Below, one piece after another: positions 32,905-45,669 of a DNA stretch of 64,000 bases (its first letter is position 1; the number at the start of each line of letters is the position of its first letter). The notes under the pieces were generated by a model, which was not told the origin of the DNA, made no database searches, and saw only the letters and a program-made list of their open reading frames with translations. A program made the position numbers and the translations under genes. The DNA is from the human T2T-CHM13v2.0 reference genome, Homo sapiens: NCBI RefSeq assembly GCF_009914755.1, contig NC_060930.1. The stretch is one strand, 5' to 3'.

Positions 32905-32970
32905 TCACAAGCTGGTTTGTTTAGAGGCTCTCACTAAGAAATAGGACACTTGCCCATCTCTCTGGAACAC
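32905..32970 (-). CDS. NEDD9: NEDD9 alternative terminal exon in intron 2 (VFQRDGQVSYFLVRASKQTSL*), short 174-aa isoform
   Basis: Acceptor ttgtctctag|GTGTTCCAG in phase 0 with exon 2, TGA at 32905-32907, AATAAA (plus tttatt 32863-32868) just downstream; matches my recollection of the annotated short isoform C-terminus. Confidence 0.85.
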   Translation of the reverse strand: MFQRDGQVSYFLVRASKQTSL

Positions 32971-35900
32971 CTAGAGACAAAGCATTTTCTGTCAAGACAA
33001 GTTCTGCTCACATTGTGTCACTTGTTCAAGGTCTCAGCAAGTCTCCTTGGGGGCACTTCTTTCCTTGGGCATCCACTTCACCTCCTTAATGCAGAGCTGG
33101 CTAGGTGCCTGGGATGGGGCAGAGCAGTGGCAGCAGAGGCCATGTGGTCAGAACTTCAACTTCTCAGCTGCATGCTGCTAGCTCAATGGAGCACTAAGGG
33201 AAGCGGGAAGGGAGCAGACGGCTGCCACTCACAAAGGCCAATCCCCCTCCCCACAGCAAGCCTCATATCCATCATGTTTTGCTATGTTTCCTTCTGATGC
33301 CAGCCCTGTGGGTCACCCACCCACCTACTTATCATGACTTCTCATCTCTCCCCTCACAACACTGTCTTGTTTTGACTACTTCCCTCCTTCCATGTGCTTC
33401 CAGCAACCCTAAGTAAGAACAAAGCAGTAAAAAAACGAAGCAGAAAAATCCTACTCTTTGAAAGGAAGAGTTGGGTAGAGTGGATGGGAGACAGAGAGAT
33501 GGGATGGAGAGGAGACTGGGTAACTTCACTAGTTAGTCATGCTCTAGTGACTTATTATTATTTATACTTCTACATTATCTATCTATCTATGTCTATCTTT
33601 GTATGCATCAAAATTTTAAAAATTACAAATATATATATATTTTGTCATTTTAACAAGATTTTAAAAGATAATAAGAAATATTACTTGAAAGGTTTTCTTT
33701 TAAGAGAATGATGGGACACAGACCTGTTCTAGATTCTATGTCCCGTGATTCCTCTGAGTCTAAGTCTCTACAATCCAAAGCAACATTACAAATAGCCTGA
33801 ATTGTGCAATCCTTTGCCTCCAATATAGAGATAGTGACTTGATTATTGACCAGTGGAGTTTACCCATGAATTTAGTAGAGTACTAATGTGTGGAGTCAGC
33901 TTCTTGTGTCCTTCCCTAATGCCTAGTCAGGAGCTAGGTAACCCAGGATGTGCTCAGGAAATAACAATGGGTAATTGATGAGAAGTTAAAAAGTGTCCCC
34001 GTGCTGTAATGATTACAGATTTATAACCTCACCATTCATAGTACCTACGATTCTCTGAATTTAAAAGTAGGTTTTACTAAGTAACAGCCATGTATTTGCA
34101 CTTTTCTTGGCATATGTGGGAAGTAAAATTTGACTGCTTCCTGTCTATCTCTAATTCCTCCCCAGCCCCTGATTTATTTATATTATCTCTCTTTGCGTTT
34201 CATGAATTAACAAGAGTGTTTAGCTTTCCAAAACTGCCTGTTGGAAAGGGCTTCTTTCACTTAAATGCCCTTGAAAAGCATTAACAGAGCTACCACAGTA
34301 TTTATTAGACTTTATAATAACCTCTTTGTCTTAAATGAACTATTTGATCCCTTCCCTTTAAAGAAAACCTTAGGAAAAGAAACATTACCATTATCACTGC
34401 CTGCCCATTAGAACTGGGATCCAATTTTCAGAAACTGTAAAGCTACAGAGGTTTGCCTGCTTAAAATCCAAGAGTACTAGTTGCTTCTCTATGACCAGAA
34501 GAAAAGCCACATGTTGCCTACCCTGGATTTATTAATTCTCTGTAAATTCATTCTGCCCAGCTTGGGTGTAGCAGTGAGCTCATTTATTTACTTGCATAGC
34601 AACAATATAATGAAAACTGAGTCTGGCCTTAAAAATACACCCTCGTAAGCCATGTCCAAGGTTAACTCTTCCAAATGCTTCTCTGGTGCTCATGAAGTTT
34701 TTTCCCCATGTATTTTTGAAGGTGAATTACTTTCTTTCAAAGTCGTTCTGATGCCTGATTTTATGCCAGAACTAAACCTTTTGCTAGCCACATCTAAATC
34801 ACAGCCAGCTTCTTTCCCCAGTGAGGAAAAAGTCACAAGTGGAAGCTCAGAAGTGGAGCAGTGGTGCTCCTGGGTCACTTTCATTTGACACAGCGTTGGG
34901 CAGCAAACCCGCTCAATGGAAACAGTGCCCCTATTGTTAAGCCCCTAGCATGTCCCCCCTGCTGCTTTCAGGAAGCTCTTTGTGTAGCCAGTGCTAAAGC
35001 AATATTTAGTTATAGAGTGACCAAGCACCAGCGAGCAGCTAGAAGCATTTAACATGAAAGAACACGACGGGAAATGACGTCTGGGTTTCACGAGTGGTTG
35101 AGGTCTTTCTCAGAACAATGCCAAATACAAGCCTGTGACAAGTTGGATACAGCAAAGCCATTTTTTTTCTGTCTCATGGACTGAAATGTTCTTTGAAAGA
35201 AAACTATAAAAAAGCACAAGTATTGTGGCTCTTTTGATGTCCAAATAAATTCAACAGGACTCTGAGCGCTACATCTAGATTGGGAAATGGATTTTAGAGA
35301 GATGCCCACAGACTGCCCTAAGGGGAAAGGGACTGTGAAGAGGAGGTGAGAGATGAGAATTTTGGGACCCAAATGCCGATTGGTATCATTTCTTCCTAAA
35401 GAGGAGAACGCTCAGGTTTAGTTGGAAGAAGGGATGCAGTGGCTGATGGGGCAAACCACTCACAAGGCAGAACTCGGTGCCAGCTCTGAAGGTGGTTGTC
35501 GTGTCCAGAGACAACAGGCCTAAAACGTCTGCAAAATCCAAGAGGATTACATAGGGGAAAATGGGCAGAAAACAATGAGTTCCAGGATGAAGTGCTGTCT
35601 TAGCTCTTGGTAACAAAACAGGGATGAGAGTGCTCCTTAATGGGGAACTCTGGAAGTTTTTTTGGGTACAGGACCCAGGTCTGTCAAACACTGATTCTCA
35701 CTGGCTCAGCACACTCCAGTCCCTGCCTCCTTGTGTCCCTGCCTGCTCCTGCTGTCTTTTGGCATAGCTCTGTCTTCCAAAGGGCACTGTGGTTCTGGAT
35801 GGGATGGTGGGCTGGATCCTAAAGGAAGAGTAGGAAAGATTTGCAAAAACTTAAGGGTCAAGTTGAAATTTATAATCAATGCTTGAGTATCTTTTCTTTA

Positions 35901-36363
35901 AAAAAAAAAAAACTCTTGATGTCAGGCCGTTTTTATTAAACTGTTAAAGTGATTCTGAGAAAGAATCAGATAAGGATATCTGGATCATAAAATTTTAGCA
36001 AAGATCATTAGAGATAATCTAGCATCACTTGCCATTTCACAGTTGAGGGAACTAAAGTGGAGTTAGTTACTCAGGCTATTAATGACAAAGAAGTGAAGGA
36101 GACCCTTGGTTAGCTGGGCCAGCAGTGCAGCGGTATACGTTTCTCAATGCCCTGCGGCCTACGCTAGCAATACATGTTAGACATTTTCCAGAAATTTACT
36201 ACTTTTCTAATTTCACAAGTAAATACTCTCAAAGAAAGTTACTTCCTTATATGAGAGCCACAACTTGAAAGCTGGGTAACTTGTGTTTTGGGAGGTGCCC
36301 CCACCTGGTTAAATGAAGTTACCCATTTGAAGGAATTTGAAGTCATTTGGAAAGACAGTCTTA

Positions 36364-36759
<396 letters not shown>

Positions 36760-37555
36760 TCACCCTACTGACCTGGTCAGGACTCCTGGATCAGCCCACT
36801 CTGAAACTGCCCACTACAGCTAGGTGGGGGGAACTTCCAAGCTCCTTAATTCAGATTCCCTCAGTATTGAGGCTACTCCCTGGACCTGAGGTGGGAGCCC
36901 TGGGCAGCAACTTTAATTCTTCCTGGCCAACAGGGTATGATTTAGCGCCCAAATTGCTAATGAGGTGTCCAAATATGCCTTCTTCTTTAAGGGCTTGGCA
37001 ATATCATCCTTCAGCCGGGATGTAAAAATCATTAGCATTGGAGTCAGACAGACGTGGGCTCAAATATCAATCCTGCCTCTCACTGGAGGCAGCAAGTTAA
37101 CTTCAGCAAGTGAATTTCCTTCTCAGACCTCAGTTCCCTCCTCTGAACAGCAAATGCTGTGAGGTGCACCTCACGAGGCTGTGGAGAGGATCAGGTGGTA
37201 GTACCTCTATGGGATCCCTAACATGGAGCCAAGGCTCAAGGCGCCTTGGGGTCACCCCCACTTTAGTTCTAACACTATCTTGCAAAATGAGACGGAAGCA
37301 TGGGGTAATGACACCAGTGAAGGCTGCACATTCAATTGGTAGTGACTTTGAAAACAAAAACTATTCCAATAAATAACTGGTTTAAGTGTGCCATGCTTTA
37401 AGAAAACCAAGTATTACAAAAATTAATCAAATAAATCAGAGGCGATTGTGGCATTGCTAAAGGCTTCTTTGCTTCAAAAAACTGATATACTGTAGGATCC
37501 CTTTAAAGAGAGGACTCCTTGGCACTCTTCAAATGTTACTGGAGTTACATCCTAC

Positions 37556-37853
<298 letters not shown>

Positions 37854-38046
37854 TACATCCGACTTTTGAGGAACACACATTGTCCTATGTGAGTGGCACT
37901 GACACACTTTAAACAGGAGCAGCACATCTCTCTAGAAGTTATCTTGACAACGTTTAAGGCACAGCTAGTTAGAATGAAGTGCTTTTGATTGCTGACAGTT
38001 TCTAGTTCTGCATTTTGCACAATGTAGTCAAGCAAGTCTTTTTTTA

Positions 38047-38360
<314 letters not shown>

Positions 38361-39820
38361 GATGTGTTCAACGAATATTGTTTATCATGAAATTAAATAA
38401 ATAAATTTATTCTGTTTTCTCTCTCTCACAGTGTTCTCCTACTTAGCCAGACATCATATTAAAGCAGTCTCTTACCTCTTCACTCTGATAAGCACAGTCA
38501 TTTAGCATGAAATCATTGAAAAAGGAGGGTTAACCTCTGTTTGCTTTGGTGTGGGTTTATAAGAAGTTACTAATGCACTCTTAGAAATATGCATTATCTA
38601 TAAAATTTAGAACGAAGTGCAACTGAGTTTGAAGGCTTTGGCACTGGCCAAACAAAAAGGACCTTTGTTAATTTTTAAGGAGGGGTGTTAGAGTTTGCTC
38701 ATTGCTTTGGCTCGGGTGACTTGTCTGAGAAAAGATACTTCTCATTTTCAAAGTGAGCTCATAAAGTCCTGCCCTTCAAGAGCTGAATGACCTCCAGTTT
38801 TGTGTAATATTAAAATGTATCTTGAAACTTCAGGGGTGACATTTTAGATGGCAAGTACAGTTCTCTGCATAGCCCCAAAACCCATGTATCGAGGCAAACA
38901 ATTCATATACATTAGGATTATCTTTATGTAGAAATGTACAATTCTGGAACATAGTTGTACTTTATTGATTTATAAATGAGGAAACCGAAGTACCCTCTGC
39001 CCTAGGAGTATTTTTTGGGTGTGTACGTATTTTGTGTGTGTATAGGCAAGGAACAGGAGAAAGTGAGGTGAAGTCAGAATTTAACTTTTCTGGAAGCTTT
39101 CATTTCCTCTAAACCTATTTTTTGCTTGTTGTTAGACAAGTCATGCTGCTAATATATAGCACTTAGTTGGCTAGTATCTGAGTGTCGCTCTGGGCAACCA
39201 GATTGCACAATGCCTCAAATTCCAATAAGGGAAGTCCTTGTTCCTTAGCCAACAGCTTATGGGTGTCTGTGTGTGTGTATGTGTATGTGTATGTACGTGT
39301 ATGTGTGTAATTTGTGATGACTCAGTGTCTAGGAAGGTACAAACATTGTAGCTAATCTATTTCTGTTTCTTACATTACCTTTCAGGAATGGGCCTGGAAG
39401 ACCTGGCTAAAACCTTTGAATCATTTCCTGCCAACATTTGGCCGTGACCCATTTTGGAAGGTAGAAAATGGTCCTTAAAGATGATGTCATAGGATCTTGG
39501 TAAATCTGAATATTACTTCAGTTTTCCAAGTGCCACCTCAAAGCAATACTTACCCCAGTCCAGACCATCACACACATTGCAATGGCAGACCATTCCATTT
39601 TTAAGAAGCCCTTGAGATCAATGGAATATACAACACATTCTGGGACCATAGGGAAGGGAGAAACTGCTGGGTTGCAGAGAGGAAGCTTCATGAGGGGGAT
39701 GAACCTTGGAGTGGGTTTTAAAGAATGGATAGGAGTTCACAGGGAAAATAGAAGGGAAAGGCATTCTAGGTAAATCATAACATATGCAAAGGAAGTTCTG
39801 CCCCTCAGTAGAAAAAGTTA

Positions 39821-40119
39821 GGCCAGGCGCAGTGGCTCATGCCTATTATCCCAGCACTTTGGGAACCTGAAGCGGGCATATCACCTGAGGCCAGGAGTTC
39901 AAGACCAGCCTGGCCAACATGGCAAAACCCCGTCTCTACTAAAAGCACAAAAATTAGCCAGGCTTGGTAGCGCATGCCTATAGTCCCAGCTACTGGGCAG
40001 GCTGAGGAATGAGAATCGCTTGAACCCAGGAGCCAGAAGTTGCAGTGAGCCGAGATGGCACCACCGCACTTCAGCATGGGTGACAGAGCGAGACCCTGAC
40101 TCAAAAAAAAAAAAAAAAA
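39821..40119 (+). mobile_element. AluS-type
   Basis: Forward Alu consensus. Confidence 0.94.
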
Positions 40120-42055
40120 GCCTAGTTTTCCTCCTTAGGTGACCACAGAGGAGTTAACTAATCTTGTCTAAATTGGGCAAAATGCACAGAAGTTAAACTC
40201 TCAGATAAGCCCTTCTTTACATCACTCATGCTTTGCATCAAGGTGCTCATTGATTGTATATGAATAGTTACCCTTACAGGACACAGGCAGTGACATTCTG
40301 GAAGGTCCTTCAGCGAGGGAAATGACTGTATATAATCTGACACCTCTCATACCAGATGGTAATGAGCTGAACCATGGGATTCGAGCAGCAGCGTGTGAGG
40401 GTGGATGTGTGATAAGATCAGAACCACCTTTCAGTTAATTAAAGGTTAACTCTCATTTAACACTTTGATTCTTGCTTCCACCTGTTCATTGGTTCACTGG
40501 GCTGCTATCTGTGGGCTGATGCTCTACCAAGTGCTCAGCCTACAGCAGTCAGGAGGCAGCCATGGCCCCTGTGCTGATGGAGCTTGTAATTTAGCCCCAA
40601 ACTGATCTTCAGAAAGAGGTACAACAAATAGTTCCAGCAGTTAGAATAAAAGCGACACATCCAAAGAAAAATCAGAGAAGCACATATAATTTCCCATGCA
40701 GATCAACTGTGAAATGGATGAACTCAGGTAGCAATTTCACTGATCTTTGAAGCAGAGAAATGAGACTATTTTAGATCTTTTTAGGCTTTTGGTTTTGAAC
40801 ATTTGTAGATTTCATTTACCCCAAACCATAATCCCATATTAAGTAGAATTTTTGCTGTTAAAAATTGAAAACTTTTTTTCTTCCTTTATAATTCAGTTTT
40901 TCAAATTATTCGACTATGAGTAACTTATTTAATTTAGGATTGCCTGTGGGTTCTTGGCAACCATGATGCATATTTAGAAATCTTTGCAAAGTGAGAAAAA
41001 TATAACCTACATACTGTTTTCTAATATGATGAAATAGTTATAAGCCCTAAATAAAACAATTAATGGGGCAGACATGATATGGTTTCCTAGACATTGACCT
41101 AAATGTTTATTAATTTCTATTTTGCAGTTTTTGTGTTTCATATTTTGGAGTCAAAAGATCTTTTATTCAGCTCCCAAACATTCTTATAGGCACTGGGCAT
41201 ATTGCCTACAACGCCTAATGGATAAAACGGCCCTGTGCACAAAACACAGAGTGAAAAAGACCAATGAAATTAAGTAAAGGTGTCAGCGTATATGGTTTTC
41301 AGATAACTTGGAGAGTTTTTTTCCACCCTTTGCAGAATTCTTGCAGAACCAAAGAGAAAGCCACACACTCAAAAAACACAGCATATGTGTTAGCAAGAAA
41401 GCACTTGTACCTTCGGTGTGTCGTAAGAAACACAACAGGGCTGATGTAGTAGGAAATAAACTCTGAGAAAGGAAACGCAAGGTGAGAGGAATGCATTCTT
41501 TTAAGCCCCTGCCATGCTAAGCACTGAGCCAGGGACTTTCTATGTATGCTTCTGTTTAATTCTCACGACAGCCTATGAAGTAGTTAGTATCATTCCCATT
41601 AAACAGATGAAGAAACCAAGGCGTAGAGATGGTCAGTAACTTACCAAAGGATATACAGCTATGGAGAAACAACCCAGCATCAGCTGAACCCTGAAGGCCT
41701 TACTCTCTCCACAATTCTCACACTGTCTGCTTGTTTCCTAAAAGGGTGGGGATTTTATGACTATATTTCTTTCTCTAAATGCTGATTTAATATGTGATGA
41801 ATGTCAGTTAGTGTGGAGGGGATGCAAGAGGGTGGGTAGAGGTTGGAGTTTCCAAGAGAGCAAAGTTGAAGTGATAGAAGGCAGAATTCACTGTCTTTTT
41901 TTTTTCCTTAAGTGATTCATTAGTAGAAAAAAGCAGTGCTGGGTAAAACTTCGGAAGCCCACAGTCTGTAGCAATATCAAGGGAATTTTGAACTATGGAA
42001 AGTCCCAAATCATAATCAGATTGGAGCATGTCCCAGCCCCTTCATGGTCCCTTTA

Positions 42056-42250
42056 CAGTGTTTCTCAAAGTCTAGTCCTAGGCCACCACCCACAAAACTA
42101 TGCAAGGAGCTCAATAAGATGCAGATTCCTGGGCCCCCAACCAGACCTACTGGATTAATTTCTCTGAGGGAAAGACCTGGGAATCTGCATTTAAACTCAC
42201 TGCCCTACCTCTCTGGGTGATTCTATGCCCATTAACATTTTTAAACCCCA
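42056..42250. mobile_element. MER5A-like DNA transposon
   Basis: 'cagtgtttctcaaagt...atgcagattcctgggccccc..ccagacctactg...cctgggaatctgcattt'. Confidence 0.8.
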
Positions 42251-42635
42251 CCCCGGTGGGTCAGAATAAGATTCCACTGCCTCCTTATTTTCTTATTCAA
42301 GAGCTTTTAAAGACCATAGCTTAAACTACCAGGCATATCTAGTTCTGGGCTCATATTATCTTACAGATGAAAAATTTAAAGAGAAAATGAGCAAATTGCT
42401 TTATTAAGCCAGTCAGTAAAACTACTAAAATGCAAACTCAGAAAAATGAAAAAGCCACGCCTGATCCCCAGTGTGCTGGGATTATCTCTTAGGGCCTAGG
42501 CTTAAGTCATTAGAATGATTCCCACCCACTGAGAATATCCTATACCCAGGAAGATGTTGACAGATGTTTTTTAAAGCAGTTGCAATTGCCTGGAAGGCTA
42601 AAATCACCTCCTAGCAGCTAAGCCATCTCCACTAT

Positions 42636-42689
42636 GAAAGAAAGGAAGGAAGGGAGGAAGGGAGGGAGAGGGAAGGAGGGAGGGATGGG

Positions 42690-42725
<36 letters not shown>

Positions 42726-42764
42726 AAAGAGAAGTGAGGAAGGGAGTGAAAAGAAAGGAAGAGG
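42636..42764 (+). repeat. Polypurine (GGAA/GGGA/GA)n tract
   Basis: About 130 nt almost purely A/G, including a GA dinucleotide run. Confidence 0.9.
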
Positions 42765-42799
42765 CAACCACACTCCCATGGATGTGAACCACTGGTCTG

Positions 42800-43973
42800 G
42801 GGTACATGGAGAGAGGCAGCCTAGAGACCCAGGATCAGGATACTGTGGAGAAGCCCTTGGTATTTGGCAGGGAAGGTGCCAGGGCCACCCTCTTGCCCTC
42901 CCCATCCTGGCCATGTCACTACCCCAGACCCTGACTGTGTGATGCTTTAGGCACGGCCTACTCTTCAGCCCTGGCTGCAACTCCTGGAAGGGCTGGCACA
43001 GGTCATTTTCAGAAGTTGATTTCCTCCTGCAGGACTCATCTACCTTTTGCTAAACAGAAAATGTTCTACTGAGTGTAGACTTAAAAAAAGCAAAACAAAA
43101 CATGGAATGTGAGTGCCCGAGGGTCACCCCAGCACCCCAGCCCTTTGACATCAATCCAAGGGAAGATGAGTCCGTATCTCTGCCCTCTGGAAGGACGGGG
43201 AGCCATGGGGAAAGCCTGCAGGGCAGTCCCAGCAGATACAAGGGGAAGAAGTCTGAAGGCTTAGGCTTCTCTGACTTGGAGCTGAAAAGGTTGGGTCTAA
43301 AAAGGAAAACACGCTACCTTCCTGCCAAAGTCAACTGTGATGAAAGTTTAGAGCCCACCACCTCCCAGCCAAGCATTTCCTGCTCTGGCCTCCCCTTCTG
43401 CCTCACACTGGCTCAGATGTGGGAGAGCTATTTTTAAGGTGCAAACAACCAGGACTAAGAATGAGTGAAGTTACTTATTTATAGTTACACCTTTCAACTG
43501 TTATTTTTCCCCTCTGGAGATAGAAGCCAGGTTTTGTTTTCCCTTTGAATCTACAATTCCTAGGACAAGGAAGACTGAAAAGCCACAAGTCAGTTTATCA
43601 CCTCTAGGCAGCATCGTTGTCGTGGGCAGTACAAGTCTAAAAGCTGTGCACCACCCTTGAGGAATCCCTCTTAACGAACCTACGCTCAGTTCATGCCACA
43701 CGCGTGCTCTTGAGAAGTATTTTGTAAAACATACTTTTTATATCAAAGGTGATTTAAAAATGCATTAGTGCTTTGTTGTTTAAAGGAATCTACCCACACA
43801 GGGTCAGGGTCTGGGGTGGTGACATGGCCAGGATGGGGAGGGCAGGAGGGTGGCCCTGGCACCTCCCCAGCCAAACACTAAGGGCTCTCCACAGTATCCT
43901 GATCTTGGGTCTCTAGGCTGCCTCTTTCCATGTACCCAAAAATGCATTAGTGCTTTCATTGTTTAAAGGAATC
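42800..43973. repeat. Non-Alu inverted duplication (42800-42941 vs 43795-43937) with flanking direct repeats (43756-43790, 43938-43973)
   Basis: Manual alignment: 8 substitutions and 2 small indels over about 143 bp. Confidence 0.95.
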
Positions 43974-45222
43974 CTTTGTTTTTTCAACAGAGGATTCTAA
44001 TACATCAAATAGATATTCCCTAATTTACAGAGGTTTGTAAAATCAGACTTCATATTAGATTTACTTGGGGCAGGACACATCTATAGTTAGTGTTCTAAGG
44101 GTCAACAAGCTCTTTCTGGTATGTAATTGCATCTTTCCTCTTGTAATTCAGGGATATCTTCTTATCCAGTTAAATTTGTTCATTCCTAATACCAAACCTT
44201 GTAGGACCCATTGGAATTTGCCAGCAAATGAAAGAGAAAATCCCTCCTTTGTGATGCTCACATAAGCATCACCTTGGTTGTGGGTGTTACCCCCGATCAG
44301 TCCACTGACATTATTTTCCTGATAACACGTGTCCCTACCTAGCATTCTCTTGGTTGCTTCTGTCTCCCCCACGGCAATGTAAGCATCACCAGGGCTTTGT
44401 TTATCTTTAATTAATCACTGTATCACAAGCATCAAAAATATATTAGATGCTCAACATTCATTGTTCAATTAGTGAATTTCTATTGACCTCAAATTGCTAA
44501 AGTATTTGGGATTACACAGGGTGTTGCAGAGCTCCCCACACTGTATTTTTAAATTAATTCCTTCCTAAATATCCAAGCTCCACTGTTTTCACCCACTGCC
44601 TCAGGCATTATTATAAGAATGACTTGAAGGACAGGAGGATGGCTTCATTCCAATTCCACTAGTATCTGTGCATTTTTAAATGAGTCAAACTAAGCTGATA
44701 ACTCTATAGAACGAGTTGGTCAGCATGACATACTCCCAGCTTCCTCACTCTCGCTACTTTGGGTGGGTTCCTTGTCCAGCCAGGCCACTGAGGTCATGAT
44801 TCAGCTTTTGGCCAAGGGAGGATCCTTGTTGCATCATCAGGCTTGTACGAGATTTGGTGTTTGTTCCACTCAATGAAGAAACAGAAAAGATAGGAAACGA
44901 TCTGAGCACAGAGTGAAGGCTTAGAAGCTGATATATGAGAAAGATGGAGAGAAACAGTTTAATAACCCATGTAACCCAGGATGACACAGGAACTTAGGAG
45001 GGCTGGAAATCAACTGTACTCAGCACATGGTAGTTCAAAGAAGTTTTGCTGAATGATGGATGAATGGCAAAATCATGCAAACATGATGCCTGAGCTAAGG
45101 TATTGGTTATATCTACTTCTTGGCAGCTTCAAGTTATTAATTTGGGAACATTTCCAAATGCTCCAAGTGTAATGGGAAAAAAAAATAAGTAGGAACAAAA
45201 ATTTAGTTAGTCATTTACTCAC

Positions 45223-45669
45223 CTTTTTACCCACGTGGGGCCCACTGGTTCCCCCAATGCTTCTCTGCACTGATGGTGGCACCTGATATACCTCTTGTTC
45301 TTGGGTGCCGTGGCCAGTGGGGACTTGGTAAATTCCCTGATTTTGGTAGGAAGGTGGCACTTGGTAGATGGTGTCTCGGGGAGCAGCCTGTGGGTTTGGC
45401 ACTTGATAGAGCTTCTGTTGGCCAAAGGTCTGCTGCATCAGTCCAGAGGCAGGCTGCTCGTGACTGGAGGCAGTCTCCTGCATGGGACCAATCAGAAGCT
45501 TCACCCGGTTGCCTGGGACAATGCCTTGCCGACCGTGTAACGAGCACAGCCACCATCCTTCCAGTCCCCCTGTGTTCTGCTCTATGACGGTCAGGATGTC
45601 TCCCTTGCGAAAGGCCAGTTCCTCGGCACACTCTGGGACATTGTCATATAAGGCCCTTGCCATAAGATT
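45223..45669 (-). CDS. NEDD9: NEDD9 coding exon 2: SH3 domain and first YQVP substrate-domain motifs (149 codons, NLMARALYDN...PHVGKK)
   Basis: ORF 45211..45663 has the SH3 signature ALYDN...ELAFRKGD...GWW...GIVPGN and four YQVP motifs; acceptor ctag|AATCTTATG (AG = plus 45670-45671); donor AAG|gtgagt (plus actcac 45217-45222); 447 nt, phase 0-0. Confidence 0.98.

Noticed and set aside
36289-36310. Weak reverse CTCF-like match (CCAGGTGGGGGCAC)
   Set aside because: Mismatches at core positions.
44958-45222. Exon 2 read-through (KKVSK*) with ATTAAA about 260 nt downstream as a second intronic polyA isoform
   Set aside because: The donor AAG|GTGAGT is strong, and a single hexamer in AT-rich intron is expected by chance.
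45227-45631. Overlapping alternative-frame and antisense ORFs over exon 2 (similarly exons 5 and 7)
   Set aside because: Shadow ORFs of a GC-rich coding exon; no recognisable domain or start context.
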